From Eledone cirrhosa (lineage: Eukaryota), in contig OZ024741.1 of the NCBI GenBank assembly GCA_964016885.1, positions 70,122,001 to 70,186,000 on the forward strand: 64,000 bases of DNA, read 5' to 3'. Positions within the stretch are counted from its first letter, which is position 1. Each line of letters begins with the position of its first letter. The position numbers and the translations under genes are program-made. This document shows positions 13,651-29,022 of the stretch, one piece after another. The notes beneath the pieces were generated by a model. The model was not told the origin of the DNA, did not search any database, and saw only the letters and a program-made list of their open reading frames with translations.

Positions 13651-14336
13651 TCAATCAATTTTCCTCAATTTAGAAATAGAAATGGTTATGTTGTTTTGCA
13701 TAGCCCAATATTTGAACAGCAACCGATACCAGGATGAAGAAATGGCTGTGAGACTTGTTGCAGAAATAGCCTGCAGGCTAGCTAGTCAGATACCACTGAC
13801 ATTAAGATTGTCACATCAGGACAGGAGGAGGGGAAAAAATATAAGCCCAAGGTTAGAAACTTAACTCATTTTGTGTTCTGTTTTATGATATTTTCGATAA
13901 CGTGTTTAACTATTTTATAGTTAATGTGCATCACTTTCATTACATTTTATGTACTCTCGGGTCCGAAATAAGCGAGTGCTGGTGGTGTAAAAATTATTCT
14001 AGGCTGTGGGCCTTGTTTTTTTTAATAACCAGAATTAGTCGTTTAGTTAACATATTGAGACCCCAACCCATCTCATATGGGATTTCTTGTAATGTTCTTT
14101 TTTTTTTGTCATGTGTAATGTGTTTTAATGTCAAAAGAAAATTAATTGTCGCTGGAATGCTACAACTTAAAATATAATTTCACCGGAGATAGATTAGCAA
14201 ACTTTAATACGCGGGGGTGGAGGTGGGGTGGTGAAAAGATCTGAAAATTCGTAGTATTGTTCTATCACTTGGACTACTAAATTGTTAGAATCACCCTTAT
14301 TGATTAATATTTTTTATGGATTTCTTTATTTAGTGC

Positions 14337-14645
14337 AGAGGTCTACAACGTTTTTACGTGATACGAATCCCAAATATTACCGAGAGACTATAAGAAAAAT
14401 TTAAACTCGATAATAGAAAGAATATACATGTACACATTAAAAAATATTTTCATTTATAAAGGAAACTATAATATTTCAAAAGAGTAGAAAATATTAAAGT
14501 TGAAGCTTCAGATCTGTCATGGGCATATTGCAGGCCGTTTGTCTTTCTGAATGGCACGCCTAATTTCAAAATTGCCTTGATTTTTTTTTTTTAGTAGTAC
14601 CACAACCTATGCGACTCACTGCTCGAAAAATGTTGCCCATGCCTG
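14337..14645. mobile_element. hAT-like MITE (degenerate)
   Basis: Imperfect TIRs CAGAGGTCTACAACGTTTTT / AAAAATGTTGCCCATGCCTG. Confidence 0.45.
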
Positions 14646-14756
14646 CTTTAGATTATCATTACTGTTAATTTTAACTGATAAAACCTGCTGGAACCTCACC
14701 TTTTGTTTTGCACGAACTTTAAAATATTTTAGTGAGCTCATACTGAAGACCACTGA

Positions 14757-14859
<103 letters not shown>

Positions 14860-15782
14860 AATTTTAGTACAGCATCAACGAAGCTTTTGGCTGCGGCCAA
14901 GCTAACGAATGCAGCTTAGCACTCGATGGAGAATATTACCCCAGAGTTATAACAATACGTTTAGACAGCTTTGCAAATCAAATATAGCGACCGACAGTCT
15001 GGCCGCATTGCCATAGCAAAGAAAAAAACTGAACTCAGCAAAAGATATATATATATATATATATATACCCTAGTATATATGGACCCCCAAAATGAAATAC
15101 GTTCAATGTTCTTGCCGACAAACGATGGATGCTTTGTATCTATTATTTGCTGTCTGAATATGTATTTATATCTACTTCAGTGTTTTCTTTACCATTTCAT
15201 AACCGATATTTGCCGAAATATCTCGAACTTTAATATTTACTAGTCTATGTTTAGAAGCAAGAAGTTTCAGAGCACATCAATTGTGAAGTGTTAATGATAA
15301 CAGTAAAATAGAAGCAATACAAATAATAATAATAGTAAAAGCTATTTTTAGAATGGCTTCAAAAGCGGGAATCTTTGTTCGTGTCAATGTTATTTGCCTA
15401 AAAATGACGTCAGTTTTGAATTCCCAGACGACGAGATCTTGATACTTTCACCACAATGAGATCCCAACGTCTCTTCAATTATAAAGCAATTGTAAAGCAG
15501 TAGTGATAAACAGCCTTAGGGATTTGCACTAAAATGATACTCTGGAGATACCTCACAAATACATACGTGTGGGTCTTCCTATTTGCTTGTCTGTTCTGTT
15601 AGCTATATATATGCTCCATCTGCCTGCGTGTCTGTTTCTTTTCCACTATTCCATATATATATATATACACATGATGATATATACAATATATATATATATA
15701 CACATGATGATATATATATATATATATATATGTATATAAATATATATATATATATATACATGATATATATAATATATACATG

Positions 15783-15843
<61 letters not shown>

Positions 15844-15864
15844 TACATATGATGATGATAATAA

Positions 15865-15907
<43 letters not shown>

Positions 15908-16117
15908 TCTTATGCACGTATGTGCTTTCCATGTCAAATGTGATTTATGCAATATGTCATAATTGTATTCATGTATTCATGTCAAATTGGTGGATGGTGT
16001 GATATCTGGTTGGTTAATAAAATGCTTACATGCATCATATGACAAAGCTTCTAATAAGACTGTTACCACACAGGCCCGCACTACACGCATTTAAACGCAC
16101 GCACACACATACACACA

Positions 16118-16257
<140 letters not shown>

Positions 16258-16288
16258 CATATATATATATACATATATATATATATAA

Positions 16289-16326
<38 letters not shown>

Positions 16327-16343
16327 TAATATATATATATATA

Positions 16344-16392
<49 letters not shown>

Positions 16393-16453
16393 CCCAAGGC
16401 TCTGATACAATCAACACCATAAACACAGAGCTGGCATATCTAAGAACTGACTA

Positions 16454-16509
16454 ACTGCCTGATGAGGTCATAGCCACTCAATGGCTATCATCGAAATATA
16501 TATACCAGT
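16454..16509 (+). ncRNA. Type-I hammerhead ribozyme motif (degenerate) in (TA)n island 16390-16555
   Basis: ACTGC-CTGATGA-GGTCATAGCCA(CTCAA)TGGCTATCATC-GAAA-TATATATA-CCAGT; stem I ACTG/CAGT with one mismatch. Confidence 0.6.
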
Positions 16510-16794
16510 AAATAAATGATTATGAGTTCATGCAATTGACTTATGTTTCGTCACTATATATATATGTATATATATATAATATAAGTTAAAACAATGAAAT
16601 AAAAAATCAAGTCATTAAAGTCACTGCTTTACGATCGTTTCTAGATGGTGATAATACATTGTATCTATACTCAGTTATTGATCTATGTAAGTTTACAAAC
16701 TATCAGATAGAGAGAATATTTACTCACATGCATATCACCAGCTGTTTTCGTTGATGCTGTACTAAGTACTAAATATATATATATAAAGAGAGAG

Positions 16795-16838
<44 letters not shown>

Positions 16839-17592
16839 AGAGAGGGAGACATAGATATCTACATATATTTCACAATACATATTTTGATGTATCGTTTCGT
16901 AATGGATTCAGTGTGCTCAATACTCTAAACGTAGATTTAAAACAATGTAATTTAATACACCTCTAATAATATACACATGAAATATTATCAGGAATATTAA
17001 AAGAAGGATAATTTAATATATGATCATATGATGAAGATGTTTTGTCAAGGTTACTACTATGGAGTTACATAACCGTCGATTAGTCAATATATAGATAATA
17101 TCATGGTTCATTTTACCCTTTGAAACGATCTTAAAATTGAATTAATTAAGTATTGAATCTCGTACTTTTGTTTTCATTGTTACATCTATGTATCTAACTT
17201 TGTAATTATTTGAATATTCAATAACACATAATAAAATAAGACTTTTCCACGAAAATAGATTTCACTTTGCTTCGATGAATCATCGATATATATATATACA
17301 TATATATATATTTATATATATATATATATATATGCTGAAACGCTAGCACGCATATATTAAGAGTAAAATAGTGAAATAATGAAATAAGTCAGGTAAATTA
17401 CATTTGGTGACGGGAAAAGGTGGTCAGAAACGCTCGCGCGAAGTGAACTAAACATTTGCCTACTTAGAAGTCTTAAGAGTTGACAAAATAAAAAAAAAAA
17501 TAACGAAAATAACAAAATATTGGGCAAATTCGAAAATTTGAAGTCTTAACAGCTCGATATGATAGCCCCTATTGTTATTTCAGATGGATTAG

Positions 17593-17702
17593 AGTTCAAA
17601 TCCCGCCGAGGTTGACTTTGCCTTTCATCCTTACGGGGTCGATAAAATAAAGTACCAGTAATGCACTGGGTAATTGCTGGCCTTGTGCCTAAAGTAGAAA
17701 CA
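17593..17702 (+). mobile_element. 5'-truncated SINE family A with 19-bp TSD
   Basis: GTTATTTCAGATGGATTAG at 17574-17592 and 17703-17721. Confidence 0.92.
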
Positions 17703-18103
17703 GTTATTTCAGATGGATTAGTATTAAAAGGGGTAACGGGGAATTCATAAAGGTAAATTTGAAAACGAGAGAATACCAAACGCAGAAGATAATTGTAATA
17801 ACAGTTGATAGCTATAAATAATATAATATAAATAATAACCACTTTTTCCGTCTCTAGGGATATTTTACCCGATTTTCTAAGTAAGTTATTTATAGCGATC
17901 GGCTGTTATTACCATTATTTTCTGAGTGTGGGCTTCTCACATTTACAAATTTCAAGCCTCTCATCGCTTCAATAACTTACAAAGAGAAATATACAAATAT
18001 CTCTTTTATCTATCAACTATGATTTAATATTCACCATGTTGTCAATGAAAGAGGCTTGACATGCTAGAAATAACTGCTAAATTTCCTTGAAATCACAGCC
18101 TAC

Positions 18104-18250
18104 TACAGAGGTGGGTTGACATTTTCATAGGCTGACTATGAAGGATTGATGCTAGAGCGGTGAACTCTTGCATGCATTCATTTCAACTCTTCCTCTTAAT
18201 AACTGCATTGTTTATTTTCAGGTGAACTGACATCTGACTGTTTAAAGAAA
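18104..18250 (+). mobile_element. Mariner-type MITE, partial copy
   Basis: TCATAGGCTGACTATGAAGGATTGATGCTAGAGC shared with 22111-22304 and 45265-45459. Confidence 0.75.
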
Positions 18251-18707
18251 CCTTCAAAGGTGAATAGTTGCGATTTCTATTGAATGCCTATACAAAAGAT
18301 GAGATGGTCACTGCTGGAACACATTTAATCATAGATCTGTTAAATTAAGACTAACCTGCGGTTAAACAATGACAAGACCAAATTAACATTGCATCATATG
18401 GAATAATTTTCTTCGTTGCTTCCATTCTAATAAATTCTGCTCCTTTATCCAGTTTGGAGGACTTCTATACAATGCTACTTTCTTTTTCTTTATGTTTGAC
18501 TAAATATTAAATTCTTTATTATTTTTCTGTTGCGTATTATTATATTTGTTTTCATGCTATTTCACATTGAAATAAAAGGAAGCCGTATTTTATACAAAAA
18601 TATAATTTTACCAGAAACCAGATAGTTTAATATATTCATCTAGTTCAACCCTCTGTCGTCTGCGTCAAATGGCCAGACCTAATATGACACAGAAACAAAC
18701 AAACAAA

Positions 18708-18818
<111 letters not shown>

Positions 18819-18929
18819 CTCAGACACATACATAACATACATACAAACATACACATACAATCCCAGTTGTATGTGTATGTACGTTTAAATATATTAAAAC
18901 TTAAACCAAACTCTTATATATAATTATAT

Positions 18930-18982
<53 letters not shown>

Positions 18983-18983
18983 T

Positions 18984-19038
<55 letters not shown>

Positions 19039-19039
19039 T

Positions 19040-19074
<35 letters not shown>

Positions 19075-19317
19075 TAGTGAGAGAGAGAGAGAGAGAGAGA
19101 TATAACCTTCTTGACTTCTACAGGATTATATCTGCTTCTTTCGTATGAAATAATCAGGAATAATGAAGACATCCCTAATAATTTCATTCGAATGTAACAG
19201 TACTAGTCCCGTAGAAGTCATTTCTAAATATAATAAAAATGCTTCTTCTCTACTAATGTATGGAGTACCTTATTTAACTGTGGGTATTTTCTGATCCACT
19301 TCAGAAAACCAACCTTA

Positions 19318-19406
<89 letters not shown>

Positions 19407-19932
19407 CTGTGTATGTATAATTTTCCTAAGATTTTAATAACCAGCCAATGTATTTTGAGAAGGCTAATTCTATATCTATAAAGTACACCTTCAGTTCTGT
19501 ATTCAATAGAACCGTTCATAGCCATATAATGTATATGACGGTTTGAGTGATTGTCTAACCCTCAGAGACATACAAGAGATTTCTTTTAATCTTTGGGGAG
19601 ATGAGGGTACAGATTTCTGGAAGTAGTAAGTCAATGCCCAACACTTAAGTTTCGAAATGGATAAATATTTTCCCCGACTTATAGTTAACCGCTTACTCAA
19701 CGGGGTTTGTTACAGTTTAAAAAAAATATCAACTTTATCCTGGGATTTTTTTTTCTTTTGGCTTTTTATTAATATAATTCTAAGTTAATCGGCTGAGACA
19801 ATTGTCACCTCACATGTGCTGACATAAAATAAACTCTGTTTTTCCCTTCGAGGTCTCTTATCATAGTCGATGTTCTTTTCTAGAATGTGGCACCGACGAG
19901 TCTATGCCACCAGTATGAGAATCACCCCTATA

Positions 19933-19975
<43 letters not shown>

Positions 19976-19984
19976 CTTACATAC

Positions 19985-20147
<163 letters not shown>

Positions 20148-20166
20148 TATAAATACATATATATAA

Positions 20167-20207
<41 letters not shown>

Positions 20208-20252
20208 TTGCGAGGTTTTTGGTATATATATATATATTAAGATATTAAAATA

Positions 20253-20357
<105 letters not shown>

Positions 20358-20669
20358 ATATATATATATATATGATTTTATTCTTTTACTCGTTTTATTC
20401 AATTGTACCCTACGAGTTCATGCAATAAACACATTTTGTATAAAATGTTATTCAATGCACATCAATTATTAAGAAAATTGAGAAACATCAATAGGCGTGC
20501 TGGGGAAAACCTGAAGACAGCTTCCAAAACGAATTCTAAAAGGCTAATTTCATCTCCGATGAAAAAAATAAATAAAAGGGTATTTTGTTGATTCAATGGT
20601 ATTTTGTTGATTCAACGGTCTATATTTATTAAATATAATATTTGTTATAAATAGTAAGTAGTCACCATT

Positions 20670-20815
20670 ATTGATTTCTGATTTAGGCACAAGGTCAACA
20701 ACTATATTTTATAAACCCCGTAAGGATGAAAAACAAAGCTAACCTTGGCGGGATCTGAATTCTATGCATGAAGCATGTTGTCCGACGCTTTACCGATACT
20801 GCCAACCCACCACCC
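20670..20815 (-). mobile_element. SINE family A (diverged)
   Basis: Family A core motif. Confidence 0.75.
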
Positions 20816-21404
20816 TAGTGACTAATAATAACATATTTTATTGATTATAATAACATATATTATATTGGTATCCTTCAGTGTTTCTTTAAAGTATTTTAAC
20901 ACACCCATAAAAACTGTTATTATTTATTAAATATCATTAGATAAAAATATCATTAAATATTTAAATCTAAACGTATAGGTAAAGAATATTGTTGTAAAGA
21001 GTAAACAGACACCTCGCGATTTTAACTGCTAATTTCCAGGATCCCCACCCTTTTAAATGACAATTAAGGTGTTGTGCATTTGGTTCAAATGAAACAGAAA
21101 ATATGACGGAAGAACTGTTTCATGTATTGTGAATGAGAAAAATGAGGGAAAGAAAATATAAATAAAAAATATGTGCTGTCTACTGAAATCTGAAGAAATT
21201 AGGCATGACACACATACAGTCATTTTCATGGCTAGAACTGTCACTATATTACTGTGGCTTTTACTGATACAGTAACTATTGGGGTTATCTTGTATTTACT
21301 ATCGTTGCTTTACACTGCAGCTGATACCACCAATACTGTTGTTGCTGCTGCTGGTTCTTGTTTCATGGTTGTAATATAGTTTTAAGAACAGACGTGAGGA
21401 TAAT

Positions 21405-21965
21405 AATTGTTTCTACTTTAGGCACAAGGCCAGCAATTATGCCAGAACATTACTGGTACTTTATTTTCTTGACCCCGTAAGGATGAAAGGCAAAGTTAAC
21501 TTCGGCGGGATTTGAACTTAAAACGTAAAGGGCCATAACTCTATGCTGTAAAGCATGGTGTCTGACGCTCTACCGATGCTGCCAATTCACCGCCCTTCAA
21601 GACGTGAGGATAATAATTATTAATAATTGTTTCTACTTTTTGGCACAAGGCCATCAATTACCCAGTGCATTACTGGTACTTTATTTTATCGACCCCGTAA
21701 GGATGAAAGGCAAAGTCAACCTCGGCGGGATTGACTTTTGATTAATAATGATTTCTAATTTTGGCAGAAGGTCAGCAATTTGGGGGAAAGTTAAAAACAA
21801 TTATATGAAAACCAGTACTTGACTGGTACTCATCTTAGCAACTGCGAAAGGATGAAAGGAAAAGTGGACTTCGGTAGGATTTGAACTCATTACGTAAAGA
21901 GACATAATTAAATGCCGCAAAGCAGTTTGTCCGACACTCTACCGATATTGCCCATCCACCTGCCT
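21405..21965 (-). mobile_element. Three consecutive SINE family A copies; first has a 19-bp TSD
   Basis: Copies ~21409-21597, ~21625-21735, ~21750-21965; AGACGTGAGGATAATAATT at 21390 and 21600. Confidence 0.9.
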
Positions 21966-22110
21966 CGCGTGGCTGTAATAAAGGTGTGTGCACCATTCAG
22001 TAGGTCTTGTAGTCCTGCATGTGTAGTTTAATGTTTTATTTCAGAGATGTAATATTGTTGTTGTGTAACTGTTTATTAACTTTGAGTAAGGAGACCGTCT
22101 ACGCACTTTA

Positions 22111-22304
22111 TGAGGGTCGACTAAAAACTTCAGAGGCTGACTATGAAGGATTGATGCTAGAGCTGTGAAATCTTGCATTAATTTCAACTATTCATATTAA
22201 TAACTGCATTGTTTCTTTTCGGGGATAATGTTGAAAAATAAACAACACATGGTCATTTGAATAGAGGATCAGGGTCAGCCTATGAACTTTTCAGCTGACC
22301 CTCG
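22111..22304. mobile_element. Mariner-type MITE, full length
   Basis: TIRs TGAGGGTCGACTAAAAACTTCAGAGGCTGAC / GTCAGCCTATGAACTTTTCAGCTGACCCTCG, TA TSD. Confidence 0.88.
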
Positions 22305-22492
22305 TATGAATGGGATACGTTAGTGTTGCTGTTGTTGTTGTTTATCCCAGGTCAGTAGTTCAGTAAACAAAAAACGAGCACATTTGATATAGTTTAGAAT
22401 GCAATATGCAATTCATGAAATAAACAGGGATAGTCATTACTGGAATACACTTGAGCATAAATTTGCCCAATCAGGACTAACTAAGGGTTAAA

Positions 22493-23012
<520 letters not shown>

Positions 23013-23109
23013 ATCATGTTTCAATTATTATCATGAAGAGTTTAGTAAGTTCCGCGTTTGCAACTTCATCGCATATTTTTGGATTGGAGCAATATATGTA
23101 ATTAATCCA

Positions 23110-23320
23110 GCGTAAGGCGGTGGATTTAAAGAATCGGTAGAGCGTCGGAGAAAATGCTTTACGGCATCTGTTCTGCCTCTTTTTCATTTCCTTCCGAATT
23201 CAACTTTGCCTTTCATCCCTTCGAGGTCGATAAAATAAAGTACCAGTAATGTACACGGGAGAGTATAAAAGACTTCCCCATATCCCGAAATTACTGGCTT
23301 TGTGCGTAAATTAGAAATCT
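23110..23320 (+). mobile_element. SINE family A (diverged)
   Basis: GGCGGTGGATT..ATCGGTAGAGCGTCGGA head and core motif. Confidence 0.8.
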
Positions 23321-23483
23321 TTATAACTGCAGTGACAGAGTTCCGTTCCTTAGAAGAATTACTGCCGCTGCAGTGGAATATTTGGCATCTCAGTCAGAAT
23401 TTTAATCGGATTCTATCGAAGAAATGTTTAATCTTATATGAATTTTATTTACCCGTGGTTGGTTGTAGTGATAGCAATAGAGA

Positions 23484-23484
23484 C

Positions 23485-23546
<62 letters not shown>

Positions 23547-23635
23547 TAGTAGCAGCAGTAGTAGTAGTAGTAGTTGTTGTTGTTGTAATAGTAGTAGTAG
23601 CATCAGTAGTAGTAGCAGCAGCAGCAGCAGCAGCG
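23484..23635. repeat. (AGT/AGC)n trinucleotide repeat
   Basis: Direct reading. Confidence 0.95.
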
Positions 23636-23700
23636 AGCTGTTCTCCTTTGCATAGATCTTTGGGGACAACCAGACTACATTGTATATATTTATTATCATG

Positions 23701-24095
23701 GGGCAGTGGATTAGCAGTATAGAGTTACGCCCCTTTACAGTCTGAGTTCAAATCCCGCCGAGGTTAACTTTACTTTTCATCCTTACGGGGTCGATAAAAT
23801 AAAGTACCAGTAATGCACTGGGATACTTGCTGGCCTCGTGTCAAAAGTAGAAACAATTATTGAAATTGAATTAGAATTAGATTCGTTGAATGTTTCACTA
23901 AAAATTATAGTTTAATAATTGTTTCTACTTTTGGCACAAGGCCAGCAATTACCCAGTACATTACTGGTACTTTATTTTATCGACCCCGTAAGGATGAAAG
24001 GCAAAGTTAACCTCGGCGGGATTTGAACTCAGTTCGTAAAGGGACGTAACTGTGCTGCAAAGCATGGCGTCTGACCCTCTACCGATACTGCCAAA
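23701..24095. mobile_element. Tail-to-tail inverted pair of SINE family A copies
   Basis: + copy 23701-23860, - copy 23915-24095. Confidence 0.88.
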
Positions 24096-24329
24096 ATAAT
24101 GGGAATATAATCCCCTTGAACAGAAAAAAAGATGGGCATCAACAGAAGTGAAATGAAATAGTTCCGACTGAGGATTAAAACCAAAATCATGAATCAACAT
24201 ATCGGGTGTAGAAATCGACTCATCATCGATCGTCGCAATGGGAAGCCGACTTCGGTCATGGTACCGAGAAAATTCCTCTCCGCGGCACAAATCTGAGCAA
24301 GTTATTTTCTGAAAGACCTGCTGCCATCC

Positions 24330-24520
24330 ATGCATACCAGTCTCATCTCATGCTACCGATGCTGCTCAAAAGAAAAGCAAAGGCTGATACAGATCGGCTG
24401 CAGTGACACAACAACTCATTGTTTCCAACTGAGTGGACTGGACCAGCGTGAAATAAAGTGTCTTGTTCAAGGACATAACACGTCATCCAGTCTGGGGATC
24501 GTACACGCAACCTCACGGTA
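24330..24520 (-). mobile_element. SINE family B
   Basis: ACTGGACCAGCGTGAAATAAAGTGTCTTGTTCAAGGACATAACACG. Confidence 0.75.
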
Positions 24521-24937
24521 TATCTTAATTTGCAACTTTCTGCTGTAGTAACACACAAGTCATGGTATGATTATCACACCTAGGTTCGTCGGCCCAGCAC
24601 CGACCATGGGTGCTGCTGTCTTTCATCGAGTGGCTGCTAACCTGCTGGAAATGGCAGTCAAATCTGCCTTATTACCCCTATTAACTTAGAAAAGAATGAC
24701 ATTATATAATGTGGACCAGAGTGCACAGTGCCAGTGTGAAAAGGCGGGATGGACACAGCTGAAACATGAGAAATGGATTTGCCCAACCAGGGTGACCTGG
24801 GGCTAAAAGCAACAAGTATAGATAGATAAATATATATATGATCTTGAATGAAAAGCATAATCTATTTCTCTCTTGAAAATCTTTACATTTATGTTTGTCG
24901 CTCATGCTTCCATTCTTTCATTAATTAAAAATCACTA

Positions 24938-25125
24938 AGGGCAGTGGATTGGCAGAATCTGTAGAGCGTCGGACACTATGCTTTGACGCATAGAATTACG
25001 GCCCTCGCCATTCTGAGTTCAAATCCCGCCGAGGTTAGCTTAGCCTTTCATCCTTACGTGGTAGATAAAATGAAGTACCAGTAATACACTGAGATGGGTT
25101 TAATCGACTTTCCCCTCCTCCAAAA
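24938..25125 (+). mobile_element. SINE family A
   Basis: Full head (TGGCAGAATCTG..GAGTTCAAATCC) and core. Confidence 0.88.
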
Positions 25126-25649
25126 AACCATTAATTATAAATCACTAAAATATTTAAACGTAACTCCCATATTATTTATTATGAATTGGTTGACTAAAAC
25201 AAATAAAAGCATATCTCATTCTCATTTTCCAAGTAGAAACAAGCTATCGTAATATTTAATGGAGAAATGCCGAAAATCTTGAAGGAAAAATCTCTTACGG
25301 GGGGATTCTTCCGGCTTGAGAAATGCAGCAGAAGACAATAAGACAAATTGGTGAACCAACATACACAAATGTAAGAACTTATATGTGATAATGTTTATAT
25401 CAATATGTAATTTGATGAATTGCTGATATCGCCAAACCAGTAGTGTTTACATAACGTGTGTGTATGCGTGTGTGTATGTGTGTGTATGTGTGTGTGTGAA
25501 TGTATTTGTGTGAGAGACAGAATTGGGGGGAGACATAGATAGAGAAAAAAGTGGGGTAGGGGATAGAGATAGAGATAAATAGATGGACAGAGAGAGTGAG
25601 ATATAAGTAGACAGATAGATAACTTTCTTTTTATTTGCCACCATGGCAT

Positions 25650-26342
25650 CAAAAAGTGGGACAAGTACAATGGGGGGAGTTTACATAACAAGGCGTCCTC
25701 AATAAGGAGGAGGCAATAACAAAATATAAAAATAAAATACAACATAAAATAAATTTTATAACAAAATCCTCAATAGAGAGGAGGCACCTTGGGGGGTCGC
25801 ACACACTCCCGAAAAAAAGTGTGCAACCCCTCAGGAGCACAGAGAGGGGGTGCTCCCTTGATCTTTCATCTTCCTCACCTATAGTCTGATGTAGAGGGAA
25901 GGCCCATTCACACGGGCCATTCTCGCCACTTTCACCCATCTTTCATAAAAACGGCTGGGGTGCAGCACCTCTCTCTCCATCCTGATCCTTCTTCCGAAAT
26001 GATATCGGAAGAAACGGACCAGTTGTTGGCCAGAAAGAAAGGTGTCTGACCTCAGTCCTTTCAGACGCGTCCACCATACAACCTATTTCGCCATGGCTAT
26101 TACGCACAGAAACACCGCCTCTCCTTCGTTTTTGAAGAGGGGAGGCGGCTTGATTGTTACAATAGACTCGGTGGTTAACCGGATCGGTCCCACCCTTGAC
26201 AGCAGTTGTTCGACATAGCCCCACAGATCGGCAATACCCGAGCAGTGTACCAATGCGTGTGCAACGGTTTCCTCGTCGCACACGCATCTGGGACAGATCT
26301 TTTTGGCGGGGTCCCTACCCGGGCGCCCGTGTCTGTAGAGCC
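25650..26342 (-). mobile_element. L1/Tx1-like LINE 3' fragment (C-terminal zinc knuckle and 3' UTR)
   Basis: ICPRCVCDEETVAHALVHCSGIADLW (CxxC..ETxxH..C motif) followed by a T-rich 3' UTR. Confidence 0.75.
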
Positions 26343-26402
<60 letters not shown>

Positions 26403-26809
26403 CAGAGAGGGAGAGAGAGATAAATAGATAGACGGACAGAGAGAGAGAGAGTGAGAGAGAGAGAGAGAGAGAGAGATATCAAACCAATCTTGATTTCCGT
26501 TTTAAATCATGCCAGTCCATTATTTTACGTCGTCAGTAAAACTCCTCAATATTGAAACTTCATATTTCTCTCTAATTGAATTTTAATATTTTTCTGTGGA
26601 TTTTTATGTCTTAAGAACACACCATTTAACAATACTGTGTTATCAGAAACTCACTATTGTGTGTGTGTAAATCGCAGGAGTCCCGTAATTCCCGAGGGAG
26701 TCGTAGGGGCGCCTTAGTAACAAAGACGTTTCATCTGAATACACCAGATTTCTTCCAGAGTAGGATAAAGAGTGTGAGAATGGAAGTGAGAAAAAGTCAT
26801 AGAGGAAGA

Positions 26810-26968
26810 ATCAAACCTCAGTATTTGACTGGTATTATTTTTATCGACCTCGAATGGATAAAAGGCAAAGTTGATATCGGCGGGATTTCAGCTCAGATAG
26901 CAGAGAGCTAAAATGAATACTGCAAATCATTCTATCCACCATTCTAATGACTGCCAATTCGCCGCCCT
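26810..26968 (-). mobile_element. SINE family A (old)
   Basis: ACTGGTATTATTTTTATCGACCTCGAATGGATAAAAGGCAAAG. Confidence 0.75.
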
Positions 26969-28379
26969 ATATTGTTAGGGTACAGAAGTATAATATCAGT
27001 GATATTTTAGACAACCTTAAATAGATAATGCTGGAATGAAAGAATAAATACTTGCAGTATGTTTTACAAGCTGCAGGCTCACAAACACAAAGAAGAAGTA
27101 GTTTAATATGTTATTAAGGTATAACTTGCAGTATTTAGTAGAAAAAAAAACGTCTTATGATTACAAGATGGTAATATTGTTGACAAGATGGCGGCGAAAA
27201 AAGGCGGTGTTGACATTAATGTCGTCGCAAAGGACAACATAAATAGAAATAACACCAAATGAGAAAAATATTAATGATATCAAATAACGTTGAAAGGAAA
27301 GGAGATTAAAGTTTAATGGAGGGGTACGAGAATGAGGAACAAAAGTCAGTTATTATAATGTTACTCAGACTTCCTTCATAAAAACAAAAAAAATCGTTCT
27401 GTTGTTTACACTTGCATTAGCAAGGAAACAGGAACGCCTGTTGGCTTATCCAATGAAATTATCAAAAGAAAGAGTCCATGAGCATGTGTGAGATACGATA
27501 TGCTGCATGTTGTTCGTATGTGTTGGTATTGTGGTAGTTTGGATTTAATGAACGAATACAAAAATTGCAAAAGAGAAAGAAATACAGTCGCCAATGAGAA
27601 TAATACTTTTTGTTCTTCATGTGAAAGTAAATATTTATAGGATGATATATTATTCTCCTTTTCTTTTCAACGAAGCAGCTCCCTAAAAACAGTAAAGTAT
27701 TTTATACATAAGGAATAATTCCCTAAGATTGTTGGCATGTGATTATATTTTTCTCATTTTCCGACGAAGAACCAACTACTGTTCTAGTAAGAATCCAGGA
27801 TGAAACACAAAGTTGGCCTCGACGAAATTTGAACAAATTCGGCTCCACGAAGAAGTAAGTTACAAAAATCAAGTAAAAGGGTCACCGAAATACATTTCAC
27901 GGGAGATAATAAATATTGGAAATCTAAATTGTTATAAAAATATGAGACTGCACGGTAGTCATGTTCTCCTTTTCATGGTATTAAAGGAGCAATACAAATT
28001 TGAACAAATTGAAGTAAAAATGAGATATTTATAATAGAGAAAGGGAAACTCACTGTAACTATGTTGTTACTACACTGAAGTTCTGACCGATGCGTGTAAG
28101 GCATTTGGATGAGTATGGATGGATATAGGCATGCAGATTTGTTTAAATGTATATATAGATATGTTTAATTGGTAATGACACCAGGAGAGTGTTAAACATA
28201 ATAGAAGAGTGTATGAAAGCATGTACTCTATGCTTAAATAGAATAAACATAAGAGAGCCTCGCTATCAAGGAGGTAATGTTCATCACGCAAACTCCTTAT
28301 AGATTGTAGTCTATTTTTATATCAGTGTACCAGTGGAGTGAATGCCGTTGATGAGAGATTAACGAATCTTGAAGCAGCG

Positions 28380-28488
<109 letters not shown>

Positions 28489-28589
28489 CACGACGGGTTA
28501 CACTTCCCAAATTATACTTGCTTTGCCAAAGATAGTGGGATGGAATTTGAGGAAAAATCGGCAGTTGATCCTAGTAGAGGACATTGGTA

Positions 28590-28800
28590 AACAATTCTAT
28601 AATCGACACAAGGTCAGCAATTTGGAAAAAGGTAAAAACCGATTATATTGATCCCAGTACTTAACTGGTACTTTATTCTATGGATGTCGTAAGGAGGAAA
28701 GGCAAAGTTAACATCGGCGGGATTTGAACGCAGGACGTAGAAAGTTGTATTTAAATATAACAAAACATTTTACAGGCGCTCTACCGATATTGACAATCCA
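28590..28800 (-). mobile_element. SINE family A (old)
   Basis: Family A core motif. Confidence 0.8.
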
Positions 28801-28803
28801 CTA

Positions 28804-29022
28804 GCTGTTGGTCGTTGCAGAGCCAATCTTCAGAAATGGGGGTATGCCACCGATGATGAATACATATGCCAATGCGCGCAATTACAAACTATGGAACACC
28901 TTCTACTTTGCCCCAATCTTGAAGATTCATGCATATGTAATGACCGTGAAACCTTACCCCCACAGGCAAGGCTCTGTGAGCAACACTGGATGGGTGTGGT
29001 GTGGCGACTCGATAAGAAGGAG
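28804..29022 (+). mobile_element. Ingi/Vingi-like LINE 3' end
   Basis: Frame starting 28801 reads VGRCRANLQKWGYATDDEYICQCAQLQTMEHLLLCP, ending GACTCGATAAGAAG. Confidence 0.7.

Noticed and set aside
23961-24335. 124-aa ORF
   Set aside because: Its ends are SINE sequence (SSNPAEVNFAFHPYGVDK) and the middle has no recognisable motif
27420-27640. Cys-rich translation (RYD..CWYC..FCSSC) resembling a piggyBac C-terminus
   Set aside because: Too degenerate to call without an HMM search
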